A stretch of 64,000 nt of DNA, from positions 57,102,001-57,166,000 of the forward strand of contig OZ024744.1 of NCBI GenBank assembly GCA_964016885.1, given 5' to 3'. The position numbers and the translations under genes were made by a program. Positions 1 to 12,450 of this stretch are shown here, one piece after another. Positions within the stretch are counted from its first letter, which is position 1. Every line of letters starts with the position of its first letter. The stretch comes from Eledone cirrhosa. Lineage: Eukaryota. The notes below the pieces were generated by a model, which saw only the letters and a list, made by a program, of their open reading frames with translations, searched no databases and had not been told where the DNA came from.

Positions 1-268
1 ACTTAATCTTTACTCTAATACTGCAAATTTTCATAATTTGTACAATAGTAATGACACTACAAACATTTGAATAGACAAACCTTTTTTCTAAATATTTTCT
101 GTGAAATCATTACAGGATGTTAAAAGTTAAAAATTAAAATCTTTACTGTAATACTGCAAATTTTCACTATGATCTATCCATTAGTAAAGATACTATAATC
201 GTTTGAATTAACAAACAAACTTGTTCTTAAATATTTTCTGCTAATCATTACAGGATATTAAAAGTTAT
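1..268. repeat. ~132-bp diverged direct duplication
   Basis: aatcttt.act.taatactgcaaattttca ... tcattacagga..ttaaaagtta occurs at ~5-129 and ~137-268. Confidence 0.7.
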
Positions 269-938
269 CAGACAATTTTTCTTATTAGTTCCTTTGTTGT
301 GTTATTGTTTTTATTTTTTAATTATATAATTATATAAAAGTTTTATTTATTAATTAGAACATTCCATTTCTAATTTATTCCACAGCTGTTTTTCAATGAG
401 GCTTTACAAAATTCTTGAACATTTTTTTATATCTACATTAGAAATATTATCTATCTTACAAGTAAAAAAAAATCCAAGAAAAAAAAGCATTGTTATAATC
501 TCTTCAATTATTTTCTATATGTACCAAGAATTTCTTTTTTTTTTTTGAGATTTAATAAAGATCATGATGCCCAAGGAAAATTTAAAAATAAAAAAAAAAA
601 GAAGAACCCCCCCCCCCCCAAAATAGCAAACAAGAAAAACTCCAAACCTGGTTTTACACTAACTAGATAATAACACTAACATGTAAACCCCTTGTGTTGT
701 TGGAGCATTGCAGGGCTAATATATATATATATATATAGGATACAAGATACTGGGATATATTAACCCATTGGTTTGTTTGGACTTTGCTGGGAAAATACAG
801 TGTGTCTGTGTGTATATATATATATGGCTGAAAAATGTTGGGATTTGTAAATTCATTGGGATTTTTTGGACTGATCTTTATATATATATGAGAAGTGGGT
901 GTAATTTACAATATTTTATCCTGCGGTAGCTATTGACA

Positions 939-1168
939 GTTAACCCTTTAGTATTTAAACCAGCCATATCTGGCCAGAATTCTCTCACCCCATTCTGTTC
1001 AAACTGGCTGCAACTGGCCACTCATACTGATGTTAAGGTATTGTTCTCAAAATAAATATTGTCAAAATCTCATAGATTCCATATTATGTGAGATAATTCT
1101 GTGAGGTAAAGCCTTTACCATGAAAATATAATAGCAAATACAGGATAATGTAAATGCCAAAGGATTAG
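939..1168. mobile_element. non-autonomous piggyBac-like MITE (family 1)
   Basis: TTAA-CCCTTTAGTATTTA left end, degenerate TAAATGCCAAAGGATTAG right end; internal sequence shared with copies at 1.8, 3.0 and 4.5 kb. Confidence 0.65.
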
Positions 1169-1779
1169 GTAGACAGGGACTAGTCCAGTTGAGAGTAAAG
1201 TAAAACTTGAACATGAACTGCTAGCTTTAGTAGACTTGCACCAGTTTCAGCCAGTGGTAACTTCTTAGAACTATTATGGGTTGAGTGGGAAGACGCTGCA
1301 ATCTTCATGAATATTTTACAACTTTACATGGAAAAACTGATTAAATAGTAAATGCTTACAATAGTGACTACTATTCACACTGTAAATTGAGATATATGTT
1401 TGAATTCTTATTGAAACTAAAATATCTCTTTGATAAGGCTCAAAGCTGTCCTTTTTTTTGTTTTATTGAGAGTAGAGGGTGGTAATGTTTATGGTGTTCC
1501 TCACAGATATTAGCAAAATAAGTGGAATAACTTCAACATGGAATTGAAGCTGATTTTTGTCTTTGAATGAGTGGGAGCTTTATCACTTAATTCAGTATGA
1601 TATGAGTCAATGAGAAAGCCACTGTGTGGCGGTTGGACCTGCTAAAAACAGCTAAACTCCTTTCAAACCATATAACCACATTAAAAAAAAAAAAAAAAAA
1701 AAAAAAAGATACATTAGATACATTGTCTGATAATAAGATGGTGGACATGACTAGAACACTGATCAAAGCTAACCAAGGT

Positions 1780-1938
1780 TTAACCCTTTAGCATTTAAAC
1801 TGGCTGCTCATACTTATGTTAAGGTATTATTCTAAAAATAAATACCAAAATCTCATAGATTCTATATTATGTGAAATAAAGTGTTTATCATGAAAATACA
1901 ATAGTAAATATAGAGTAATGTAAATGCTAAAGTGTTAA
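1780..1938. mobile_element. piggyBac-like MITE family 1, internally deleted
   Basis: TTAACCCTTTAGCATTTA ... TAAATGCTAAAGTGTTAA terminal inverted repeats with TTAA. Confidence 0.7.
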
Positions 1939-1964
1939 ATATCTGAGTTTATTTCTAGAGATTA

Positions 1965-2400
1965 TTAATTATTTTGATACCAAACTATCTGAAAGTGCCC
2001 CTTGTTCTATGATAAAAGGAATTGTTTTGAAATGTCTATATTTAATTTAAAAACTTTCCATCATAGTTTTATGTAAGAACCTTTGTGTTCCAAACTCAAA
2101 CTTAATAATGAAAAGATTAGTTATATTACTAAATCCCTCTAAATTTTCGATTATTTTCAAATGAATTGAAAATCATATACAGTGTTTTTCATGGTAAAGA
2201 AAGAGTTGTAGTGTTTATATTTATCTATAAACCATCCATTAAAGTTACATCTAAGAGCTTTTAGGTTATGTTCCAAACACCAAGTCAACAATGAGTAAGC
2301 TAGTTTATGTTACTAAATCCCTCCAAATTCTTATTTTCAAAATTTTTGAAAATCATAGGCAGTGTCTTTCATTAGAAATATTGTAACCAAAAAGTGCTAA
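1965..2400. mobile_element. degenerate MITE family 2 (piggyBac-like)
   Basis: homologous to 7085-7737 (gataccaaact..., aaaaccttccatcata.ttttatgtaagaacctttg); has an internal duplication. Confidence 0.5.
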
Positions 2401-2449
2401 TTTTCAATGTGGTAAAGTTGTAACAGATTCTTTAAAGACCAACAATAAT

Positions 2450-2633
2450 TGTTTCTACTTTAGGCACAAGGCCAGCAATTATCCAGTTCATTACTGGTAC
2501 TTTATTTTATCGACCCCGTAAGGATGAAAGGCAAAGTCAACCTCGGCGGGATTTGAACTCAGATCGTAAAGGGATGTAACTATGTTGGAAAGCATGGCGT
2601 CCGACCCTCTACCGATACTGCCAATCCACCGCC
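2450..2633 (-). mobile_element. full-length tRNA-derived SINE with 19-bp TSD
   Basis: minus strand GGCGGTGGATTGGCAGTATCGG (A box) ... GAGTTCAAATCCC (B box); TSD TTTAAAGACCAACAATAAT at 2431-2449 and 2634-2652. Confidence 0.9.
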
Positions 2634-3029
2634 TTTAAAGACCAACAATAATGAAAGACAGCATGTAGGGGTGTTCAGTGTTTTAGCAAAATGAAACCGA
2701 GTTGTCATTGAAAAAAAAAAGTTGTTTTTCTAATTTTCCTTTCACACATGCCTGTTATTTGATCTGCCCATATGAGAGGACTAACACAGGTTAATTAGAC
2801 TTTTTGTTCTCAGATATGTTTTATAAAAGGGGAAAAATGTAAATTGTGTTTTTATTCATTTCATACCTGAGCATGAATTAAATCTTTTTCAAACATCACA
2901 CTTGACACTTTATTTTCACTTATCAATTTGATGAATGCCTCTCTTAGTGAGTGAGTGTGTTTCTCTTCCCATCTATAGTCTTGTTTTCTTGTAAAAGGGA
3001 GCATTGTTGGAAAAACTTGATATAGTTTA

Positions 3030-3248
3030 TATATTTAAACCAGCCATATCCAGCCAGAATTCTCTTATCTCTTTCTGTCCAAACTGGCTGTAACCGGCTG
3101 CTCATACTGATGTTAAGGTATTGTCCTCAAAATATATAATTTCAAAATCTCATAGATTCGATATTATATGAGATAATTATGTAAGGTAAAGTCTTTACTG
3201 CAAAAATATAGTAGTATATATAGAGTAATGTAAATGCTGAAGGGTTAA
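3030..3248. mobile_element. piggyBac-like MITE family 1
   Basis: same internal sequence; right end TAAATGCTGAAGGGTTAA. Confidence 0.7.
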
Positions 3249-3499
3249 GACAAGTCACTGACAGAGCCTGGGTAGGTTTTGATCTGAAAACTGCAAGCTG
3301 AATTTCTTCTGCCAGTAACAAGTTGTATCTAGTAGCATGTAATCCTAAGAAGTAAGATAAAAATTGCTTAAAATGGTTAAAGGCTAAAATGTATCTCAAA
3401 TGTAGAAGTTCAGTAGACCAGAGCATATCCTGGTTTTGTTAGTGTTAAGTGACTGAACAGGTCACCAGTCCATGTTTAACCCTCAACTACTACTGTTAT

Positions 3500-3995
3500 T
3501 GGGACTCATTTTCAGCAGAGTAGACTGGAGCTATGGGAAATGAAGTGTCTTGCTCAATAATGTGGCACCTGCTCTGGGAATTAAACCCATAACTTTACAA
3601 TCATCAGCTCAACACCCTAAGCGCTATTTTGAGAGTTATGTAATTCAACAATGACCATGATATTCTACAGTTCTTAAATGTTTTTAGTGTAGGTACCAAC
3701 ATGGCTGAGTGGTTAAGTAATTCACTTCATAACCACATGGTTTTGGTATCAGTCCAGCTGCATGGCTCTTTGGAAAAGTGTCTTCTATTATAGTCTCAAG
3801 TTGACCAATACCTTTTGTCAGAAACTGCAGAAGCCTATTATATGTGTTTGTCCCATAACTTAGAGATTCAACAAAAAGAGATTGTTAAAATAAATCCATA
3901 CTTTAAAAAAATATACTGGTCAATATGATTAACTAAGGAAGTGCTCCAGCATGGCCACAGTCTAATCACTGGAACCAGTAACAGAATAAAAGAAT
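3500..3995. mobile_element. two old SINE copies (minus ~3500-3625, plus ~3695-3995)
   Basis: tRNA-like head TGGCTGAGTGGTTAAG at ~3702; 3' end gtgctccagcatggccacagtc; relatives at 6.0-6.2, 7.8, 40.5 and 44.8 kb. Confidence 0.55.
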
Positions 3996-4009
3996 GATAT
4001 ACAAAATCA

Positions 4010-4470
4010 TCAGCATCCTTTGACATAGTTGATCAGAACACTCAACAATTCCTCTCCATACCATTATGATCTATCATTGCTGTATCCAGTTCTCTAAAGT
4101 GGATTCCTGAATCTTATGAGGTAGTCCATGGATAAATCATTTTTCGTTAAAAGACACTTCGAGGGGAGTTCCATAGAAGTGATAAAATTACTTCTGTTTG
4201 CCCTAAACAATGACCTGTGAACTTGAGCCTTGTCTGTTTAAATCTGGGTGATATTGGGCACATACATCCATAGATCGTCTGTCTGGCTGGATGTGACCGC
4301 CAAATCAGTTTCTTCACTCTTTCTAAGTAAGTTGGTGTATGTGTCAGCTAAGCATTTTTCTAAGTGTGTGGTGAGTATCCAGGTTTCTGAGCCATATAGG
4401 AGAATTGGCTCAATGTGTGAAAGGTTTTAATTTTTAAAGAGGATGGGAAATTTGATTTCCAGATTTTAAT
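4010..4470 (-). pseudogene. degenerate LINE RT C-terminal fragment (RTE-like)
   Basis: minus strand reads ...IEPILLYGSETWILT..., a typical RTE thumb-region motif. Confidence 0.55.
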
Positions 4471-4518
4471 GTTATGGATATGTGTTTTGAAAATTAATTT
4501 CATGGGTAAGCAATTCTG

Positions 4519-4732
4519 TTAACTCTTTAGCATTTAAACTGGCCATATCCAGCTAGAATTGTCTCACCTCTTTCTGTTGAAACCAGCTGTAACAGGCTGC
4601 TCATACTGATGTTGAGGTATTGTTCTCAAAATAAATAACATCAAAATTTGGTACATTCGAAATTATGTCAGATAAAGCCTTTACCACAAAAACAATAGTA
4701 TATATAGAATAATGTAAATGTTAAAGGGTTAA
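4519..4732. mobile_element. piggyBac-like MITE family 1
   Basis: TTAACTCTTTAGCATTTA ... TAAATGTTAAAGGGTTAA. Confidence 0.75.
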
Positions 4733-5524
4733 TCAAACAGCTGGAACACATTGAAACCAACAGAGGTCCATTCTATTCCACAATTTCATTATCAGATTTA
4801 CACTCATTTTTCCATGTGGCATGTATTGGATTAGACTTTTTTGAGGTTGGATCATACACAAGTTGTCCTTCCCGATATTTGTATGTTGAACTACTGGGAC
4901 ACAGGACATAGACAAATATCACAGCTAGCATTGTTGGATGTGAAGTGAAGGCACAAAGACAAATGAATGCACACACATATATAAATATATATACATAAAA
5001 TTGTAGTATTCTCAATGCGAAGGGTAGTTGTACTGTAAACAGCTGAATACTATATGTATAATAAAAAGTCTGGTTAAGATATAACCACATATTGAACAGA
5101 GAAAGGAAGAAAGTTAGTCTAAAGCATGAGAGGGGTATAGAGAGAGGGAATGAGATCAATGGGGAAGAACATTTGGAGAATTGCAAAAAAAGGATGAAAG
5201 TAAACTAACGAGAAAAATAGAACTTATGAATCATCAGCTTCCTTCTAGACTAATATCGTTTCTGACAGTAGGGGGAGGACTATGTATATAACTCTAGCCC
5301 ATACAACATAACCTAAATTTCTGTTGTTCTGATACTGGAATAAAGAAACAAAAGAGCAGTGGGGCACATCTATACCAAGCCGTGGTCGACATGAAAAGAG
5401 GCTGTCTGCTATTCTGATGGGAACAGCAGCAGTAGTAGGCAACAAGAGAGCAGAAGTATCAGCAACAACAGTGGTAATAACAAGGGAGAGGCGATAGCAG
5501 GAAAAACAAAAATAGATAAACACT

Positions 5525-5844
5525 TACCTCAATGAAAAACATGTGAAGGCCAGATTCCAATAACTATTTTTATTGTTGCATAATTCAGCATAATAAGTTT
5601 TTCCATAGCTGACTGATTACATCATCAGACCATGATGCAATTCAGCAGTGATGCCATCAAATGGTATGGACATAATAGGTTTAGTTAAGCAATTCTTCCT
5701 GAGGCACAGCAAAATCCAGAATAAAAACAAAGATTTAATGATATAGAGACAGCCAAATTAGCGATGAAATATGTATTATGGTAAATGATGCAATAATAAA
5801 AGAAGTTATTGGAATCCAGCTTTCACACGTTTTTCATTAATGTA
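5525..5844. mobile_element. MITE with ~55-bp TIRs and probable TA TSD (Tc1/mariner-like)
   Basis: 5530-5581 caatgaaaaacatgtgaaggccagattccaataac... is the imperfect reverse complement of 5788-5840. Confidence 0.65.
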
Positions 5845-6456
5845 TTTAACTTTGTCCTGTACCATTCACAAGATACCACAGATGGAATGTATACATGACG
5901 TTGAGTACTGTTTGATTATTACACCACACTCAGCTGATTGGAATGACTGGATCACAAACCTAGCTACCTATTAGTAAAACAATACAAGATAAAGAAAAAA
6001 ATATATATATAGTGGCTGTGCCCCAGCATGGTTTCAACCCCTTGGCTGGAATGCAAATAAATAAATATATGACAGACTTCATACAGTTTCTGTCTACGAA
6101 ATCCACTCACTAGGTTTTGGGCCAGCTTGAGATCATTGTAGAAGACACTTTCATAAAGTGCTACACTGTGGGCTAAAACTTGAAACTACATGGTTAGGAA
6201 GTGAACATCTTAACCATGCAACCATATCAGCACCTACCCACCCAGCCATACTTGTGCTTTTCATAAAGATAATATTGATAAACAAATAGAAATTTCCTCA
6301 AATGTTTCAGAGGCCAATCTTGGCTAACAATTTAAATGGAAATGTAAGGCAGCACCAGTTCAAAATGGCTATCAATGACTCTCAAGAAATGAAAAGGGAT
6401 CAAATCTTGTAACATTTTGAGATGCAAATGGTCTAATTATCTACATTACTAACTTC

Positions 6457-6514
6457 CGGCATGTCTTTGTATTGACCCCTTTTCTTGTGCGCCCTTGTGG
6501 CAAATAAAGAAATA
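6457..6514 (+). mobile_element. 58-bp 5'-truncated Tx1-like 3' end (subfamily B) with 19-bp TSD
   Basis: matches the 3' ends at 34255-34305 and 56740-56792; TSD TATCTACATTACTAACTTC at 6438-6456 and 6515-6533. Confidence 0.85.
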
Positions 6515-7084
6515 TATCTACATTACTAACTTCAGGAAACTGACAAGCCACTTGATCATGTTATAATCAGACTATAAACACAACCATATTGACTTCATGC
6601 TCACCAGGAATTGGAAAGACAGATAATATTTAAGTCTTTTCCTGGTGAGGAATGTACCATCTAACGTAGACAAGTTATTAGTGACTGAGTAAGATCTAGA
6701 TGGAATCAGAGACGAAGGAGAATTTGGAGGAGGAAGGCATAGAAACAAAAGGATCCCTCTGTTAAATATAGCTCTAGAAATGTTCTATGTGATGCTTTAT
6801 AGCAATATTATGAAGCGGAGAATTGGAACTTCTCTCCTGGATAACATGCAAGTAATAATGTAGAATACATCTCACCATGTTATCCATGAATATTCACAAA
6901 GTAAATGGATCTTAAGGTTTCTTAGTCACAGATATAATGTTATTTAGCCCCAAGTTTTTCCTGATTGAGCACACCTATGATGAAAATCCATTCTAGCCAT
7001 GACCAACCAGTGCCCAACGAAACCTCCCTTGGGATACATATGAACTCTTGTCTCTGAAGCAATTATTTAGTTTTACATAATCAA

Positions 7085-7737
7085 ATGTTATGATACCAAA
7101 CTGCCTGAAACCATCACTGGTTCTACAATTACAAAACTGTTTTAAAGTGTTTATATTTATCTAAAAACCTTCCATCATAATTTTATGTAAGAACCTTTGT
7201 TAAGTTATGTTCCACATACCAGTCTAATAATTGTTTCTACTTTAGACACATGGCCAGCAATTTGATGGGAAGAGGAAAGTTGATTAAACCACCGCCAGTG
7301 CATTACTGGTACTTTATTTTATCGACCCCCGTAAGGGTGAAAGGCAAAGTTAACCTTGGCGGGATTTGAACTGAGAACGTAAATCTTCATAACTTTATGC
7401 CTCAAAGCATGGTGTCCAATGTTTTACCAATACTGCCAATCCACTGCCCTCACCCTTGCTTAAAGAATAATTTCTATCCCGAGCACAGGCCTGCAAATTT
7501 ATATTGGCCCAAGGCAAAGTTGACCTCGAGGGTTTTGAACTCAGAATGCAAAGTGTAGGAACAAATATCACAAAACATTTAATATGATGCTTTAACCACT
7601 TCATAATTCCTTGCCCACACCAGCCTAATAATGAGACAGTTATATTAATAAATCTCTTTAAATTCTTGATTATTTTCAAAATGATTTGAAAATTATAGGC
7701 AGTCTTTCATAAGAAATATGGTAATGAAAGGGTTGAT
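7085..7737. mobile_element. MITE family 2 interrupted by two minus-strand SINEs (~7230-7450, ~7470-7610)
   Basis: homology to 1965-2400; right end GGTAATGAAAGGGTTGA; SINE core aaaggcaaagttaacc...gatttgaac. Confidence 0.6.
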
Positions 7738-8120
7738 AGCTATAATAATCTTTTTGGCACAAGTACCTCAAATTTATAGAGAAAGAAATTAAGGTTGTTT
7801 TGGCATGGTTAGTGTTGTTAAGGAGTTCACTTCACAAGTGTGTAGTTTCTGATTTGATCCTACTTCATGATACCATTGAAAAATGTCTTCCTCCATAACT
7901 TTGGGTTGACCAATACCTTCTTTTTCACCCACTTTTTCCTGAGATGGTCTTGAAGAATCCTCAAACACTCCCTTCAGCAGGTCCTGTCATAAGCAACCAT
8001 CTCCAGCTGATCCAGTGAAGCTCATGGATGTTATCTAACCATCTTGCTTGGGGTCTCCTGCCAGGGGGTTTTGCCTGTAAAATCTGTCCAGCTATTCTTT
8101 CCTGAGACATTTTAAGCACA

Positions 8121-8457
8121 TGGTCATAGTATTGGCTACCTTGGTATTGGCTACCATAGTATTGGCTACCATAGTATTGGTTACCTTGGTATTGGCTACC
8201 ATAGTATTGGCTACCATAGTATTGGCTACAATAGTATTGACTACCATAGTATTGGCTACCATAGTATTGGCTACCTTGGTATTGGCTACCATAGTATTGG
8301 CTACCATAATATTGGCTACCTTGGTATTGGCTACCTTAGTATTGGCTACCATAGTATTGGCTACCATAGTATTGGCTACCATAGTATTGGCTACCATAGT
8401 ATTGGCTACCATAGTATTGGCTACCATAGTATTGGCTACCATAGTATTGGCTACCTT
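8121..8457. repeat. 15-bp minisatellite (CCATAGTATTGGCTA)n, ~22 copies
   Basis: direct inspection; explains the MVANT/ATIVL repeat ORFs. Confidence 0.95.
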
Positions 8458-11187
8458 GCAGGTGAAATTTGGTTAGTGGAAAATAAAGACATTTTGAAGA
8501 CTGGCAATCGCTCTGTTTAATCAGCTCTTAAATATTACTGGAATTCTATAAGAATCCAGCTTCTATAACTCTCAGCAGAAGCAAAGGAGTGAGTGGTCTT
8601 GTTAAACGCTAACAAGCAAGAAACAGGACTGTCGATCACTCTCCCTTTGCTTTTGTCGAGAATAAGTAAGTGACATAGTCACTACTTTAAAATTCATATC
8701 GAATAGTCTTCAAAATGTTTTTAATTAAGTATACAGTATATTGCCAAATATACTATACATACATTCATGTATACATCACTATTTCAGAGCACCAATACTA
8801 ATATATATATATATATATCATCATCATCATTTAACATCCATCTTCTATGCTAACATGGAGGTTAATTTTAGGTTTAATCAATACATATAAAATATATATC
8901 CATAATATTTCGCAGTAAAAATCTCCACAAACTTCTGTTCAGAGCATCTATAATATAATATATTTGTAAACGATATATACATGGATTTATCAATTGAGAA
9001 ACAATCTAGTATTCTGTACACATAGAGAGCAAATGATACCCTTATGTGTTAGAATTATGATGTACTTACATAGACAGGCCTGTTTCAAAGAATCAGAAAA
9101 ATGAATGTTCAGCATCAATTACAGTAATTAGTATCGATCATCAATTATCAATTTTGGCCAATATCATTAAGACCTATCTTGTTTTTCTACCCTTCTATAA
9201 AACTTTATAATTTACACCATGTGGAGATCACGTAAATATTGTCATCCAAATATTTTAATGCAGCGTGAGAGAGGTATTTTAGCAAAGACAGATATACTGA
9301 CGAAGAGAATCATGATCTTCTGACTGTATCCTCATCTCCTTTTATACCACATTAATCACTGGTATGGAGAAGATAAACATTATCAAGCTGCAGCCATCAT
9401 TTTATGTAGTTTCTATATAATAATAGTCATTATTAATTGCAGTGACTATAACTCCATTGTGTAATTGGTCATGCTCCACCTCTTCAGTGTGCCTCATGAA
9501 ATTTCCTAAACTATAAACCTCCAATGAACCATCAAGATAAACCATAAGCCCCAATAAACACAAATAAACTGAGTGATGCTGTGTGCCTTGTCAATATATG
9601 ATTAAATAAAGGATTATTAAACTGAGGAGACGACAAGGCCGAATTATCGGCCTGATAATACAAGCCTCGAGATTAGCTGGCTGATCTTTGTACCAGCCAA
9701 TCAGATTGCTTCTTGCACATCTGGACCTTTCAATGGCAGCTTCCATGATAGTTTGCTGTGTTCTGTGATTTATTTATCATGCACCTTATTTTTTATAATT
9801 TTATTTTTATTTTTAAATAAATGCATGCCCTCTGTAGGGCTTGTGAAAAGGGCTCAGTCTCCAAAGGGTTACCTTCAGACCAATAGAGAATAATGCCGAT
9901 CCAGAAAAAAGAAAATATTGAAGGAATTTGCTTTGTCAATAAATGGCTTTTTCATGGTACCTCATTAATAAATGACTCACACCTCTACATGGTTATTCCT
10001 CCTGCTAGAAACAACAGCCCAATCTCCTTCAAATTATATCCTACCAATATAGTCACGGAGAACAAATATAATGGGAGTGTCATGGCTAGGTGAAATGCCT
10101 TTGATTTATAGATCTGCACAGTTATCATCATGATGCATTTAAAAACAATTCTTCAACTAATTACTACATTTCTTAATTTCTTGTATATCATAATATTCAA
10201 TTAACACAGCTTTAATTAACACCTGGTGTTTTCATGGAACAAATTAACTGTGCAAATCATGGCTTTACAGCACTTATGCCAAAATACATACACACACACA
10301 CACACCACCTGCATATATTCCTTCTCTCTCCCTCTCTTTCACACACACACATACATTCTTTCTCTCTCTCACTTCTCTCTCTCTCTCGCTCTCTCTCTCT
10401 TTCTTCCCCCTCTCTCTCTCTCATACACACACATATCTATATTATATCAAAATGTAATTGCTACAGAACATATACTTAAATATGTTACACAGGCTAAAAA
10501 CATTATTTGATAAAGATCACTAATGTGTGGCAGTTATGTGAAATACAATTTTCACCTAAGTGAAATTTGTATTGCAAGTAACTGCCATTTATTTACATAA
10601 AATATATACAGTAGTATAGTTAATATGAAGCATTATGAGATATGTAGTAAAAGGCTGGTAATTTTTTTTTTCTAAAGCCAATACAATGTGGTAGAAAAAT
10701 AGGAAGAACAAAACAAACTAATGGTTTACTCATAGCATGATATTTCAGGGCTATTTACTCTCTTTTCAGATGCAAAGCTGAAACAGTCCAAAACACAAGT
10801 GACGGATCAGAGTTTTCAGAGTTTTCTTCCCTAACTGGTCTATGCAAAACACATGCATGGGGTTGCTACAGTAACCTTTCTGCCTTGTGCATTTCTGACC
10901 TGATATTTATCTCTGGTTTTATTCAACTGATGAAAATAGCTTCCTAAATCCTTAAATTTCCATATTACTTTCTGTCGCTTCTATGGTGACCTCAATGTCT
11001 TGGTCGTGGCATCTGTCGAAATGTTTTTTTTGGGGGAAGAGGCTCTCATTGTCATGTTTTCCTTGATCTTTATGTGTAGCCTCCTTATGGTACTTCTGAT
11101 GTATGGGGAGCTACATTTTTTGCACATGATCTTATAGACCACATATGATCTCATGCACACTTCTGTGTTGTTGATGGCACAATTAGG

Positions 11188-11345
11188 AAAATTTTAATTC
11201 TGTGAAAACACTATACATATTTCAATGGCCAAGTCTTATTATCCAACCTTAGGCTATTTCATCAGGTGTTGATTGCAGAATTAGTTATATAAGATAACAG
11301 AATTACATTGAAATATGTATAGTGTTTTCACAGGATTAAAATTTT
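11188..11345. repeat. inverted repeat, 40-bp arms and 78-bp spacer
   Basis: aaaattttaattctgtgaaaacactatacatatttcaatg (11188-11227) versus cattgaaatatgtatagtgttttcacaggattaaaatttt (11306-11345), one mismatch. Confidence 0.85.
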
Positions 11346-11499
11346 AAAGAAAGTTTCCAGTCTAACCTGTTCTTTTTAATGAATACTTAACTCTTCTTGC
11401 ACCATCTACGATGGATGATTTGCATAACGTTGAGTGCTTTAATTTAATTGCATCATGATTTACTAACCGAAATCACCAGTTCTACCCACAAGTAAACAA

Positions 11500-11927
11500 C
11501 ATAACATGGGCAGTGATTGCAGAAGACATGTGTAGACTGGAGAGAAATGAAGCAGCTATGGTTCATTGGATTTGCAATGTAAATACGAGAGAAAGACAGA
11601 GCTTGGTTGAACTGAGGGAGAAACTGGGTTTAAGCGGAATCCGAAGTGGTGTACAGGAAAGAAGACTGTGTTGGTACGAACAAGCGATGTACATGGATGA
11701 GACCGATGGGTGAAGAAGTGCCAGGAAATCCCAGTGAAGGAAGTCACAGTAGAGGTAGACCAAGAAAGACCTGGGCAGAGGTGATGAGAACTGACCCCAA
11801 ATTGCTGAGGCGGCTCACAGAGAAGATGATGAAGAAATGTAGTGAGTGAGAGATGCTGTGCCAAGAAGGACCCATCCAACCCATGCAAGTGTGGAAAAAT
11901 GAACATAAAAACGATGATGATGATGAT

Positions 11928-11930
<3 letters not shown>
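11500..11930 (+). mobile_element. 5'-truncated RTE LINE 3' end
   Basis: RLERNEAAMVHWIC...ERRLCWY...RGRPRKTW; ends in a (GAT)n tail. Confidence 0.85.
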
Positions 11931-11978
<48 letters not shown>

Positions 11979-11980
<2 letters not shown>

Positions 11981-12450
11981 ATACTTGGGAGGGTCATATT
12001 GTTGTAATAATATTGCCAGACATAATAACGGAACGAACACACTCACTGTTTGGTTGGTTTTCGCTTCTGTATTTTTTATATCTTCATAGTTAATTCATTT
12101 GGCCACCAATGTTTATCATTGATTGACAAACGGTCAAAAATACAGATATAAACACATATATATAGTCTAACAAAGTTCTTTCGTTGCACATCTGCAACAT
12201 CATTATGTTTCCTCCTGTTGTATTGTATGTTTACGAAGATGTGCAACGAAAGAACTTTGTTAGACTATATATATATATTTATACCTGTATTTTTGACCAT
12301 TGGTCAATCAATGATAAACATTGATGACCGAATGAATTAACTATGAAGATATAAAAGATACAGAAGCGAAAACCAACCAAACAGTGAGTGTGTTCGTTCC
12401 GTTATTATTTCTGGCAATATTATTACAACAATATGACCCTCCAAAGTATA
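11979..12450. repeat. inverted pseudo-LTR pair at the 5' end of a Penelope-like element
   Basis: ~215-bp arms 11979-12193 and 12237-12450 are reverse complements with scattered mismatches and a ~43-bp spacer; the right arm runs into the PLE ORF. Confidence 0.85.

Noticed and set aside
5528-5698. Minus-strand exon with strong acceptor (cctcag) and donor (GAG|gtaagt), plus a CTGATGA...GAAA string
   Set aside because: All three frames contain stops, the segment lies within a TIR-bounded MITE, and hammerhead stems II and III are unconvincing.
8092-8476. MVANT/ATIVL repeat proteins
   Set aside because: They are translations of a stop-free 15-bp minisatellite.
9297-9675. Hammerhead-like cores CTGACGA (9297) and CTGAGGA (9622)
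   Set aside because: No correctly placed GAAA or pairing stems I and III.
8900-11150. Possible host exons in less repetitive sequence
   Set aside because: Only short open frames with no recognisable domain; cannot be supported without transcript data.
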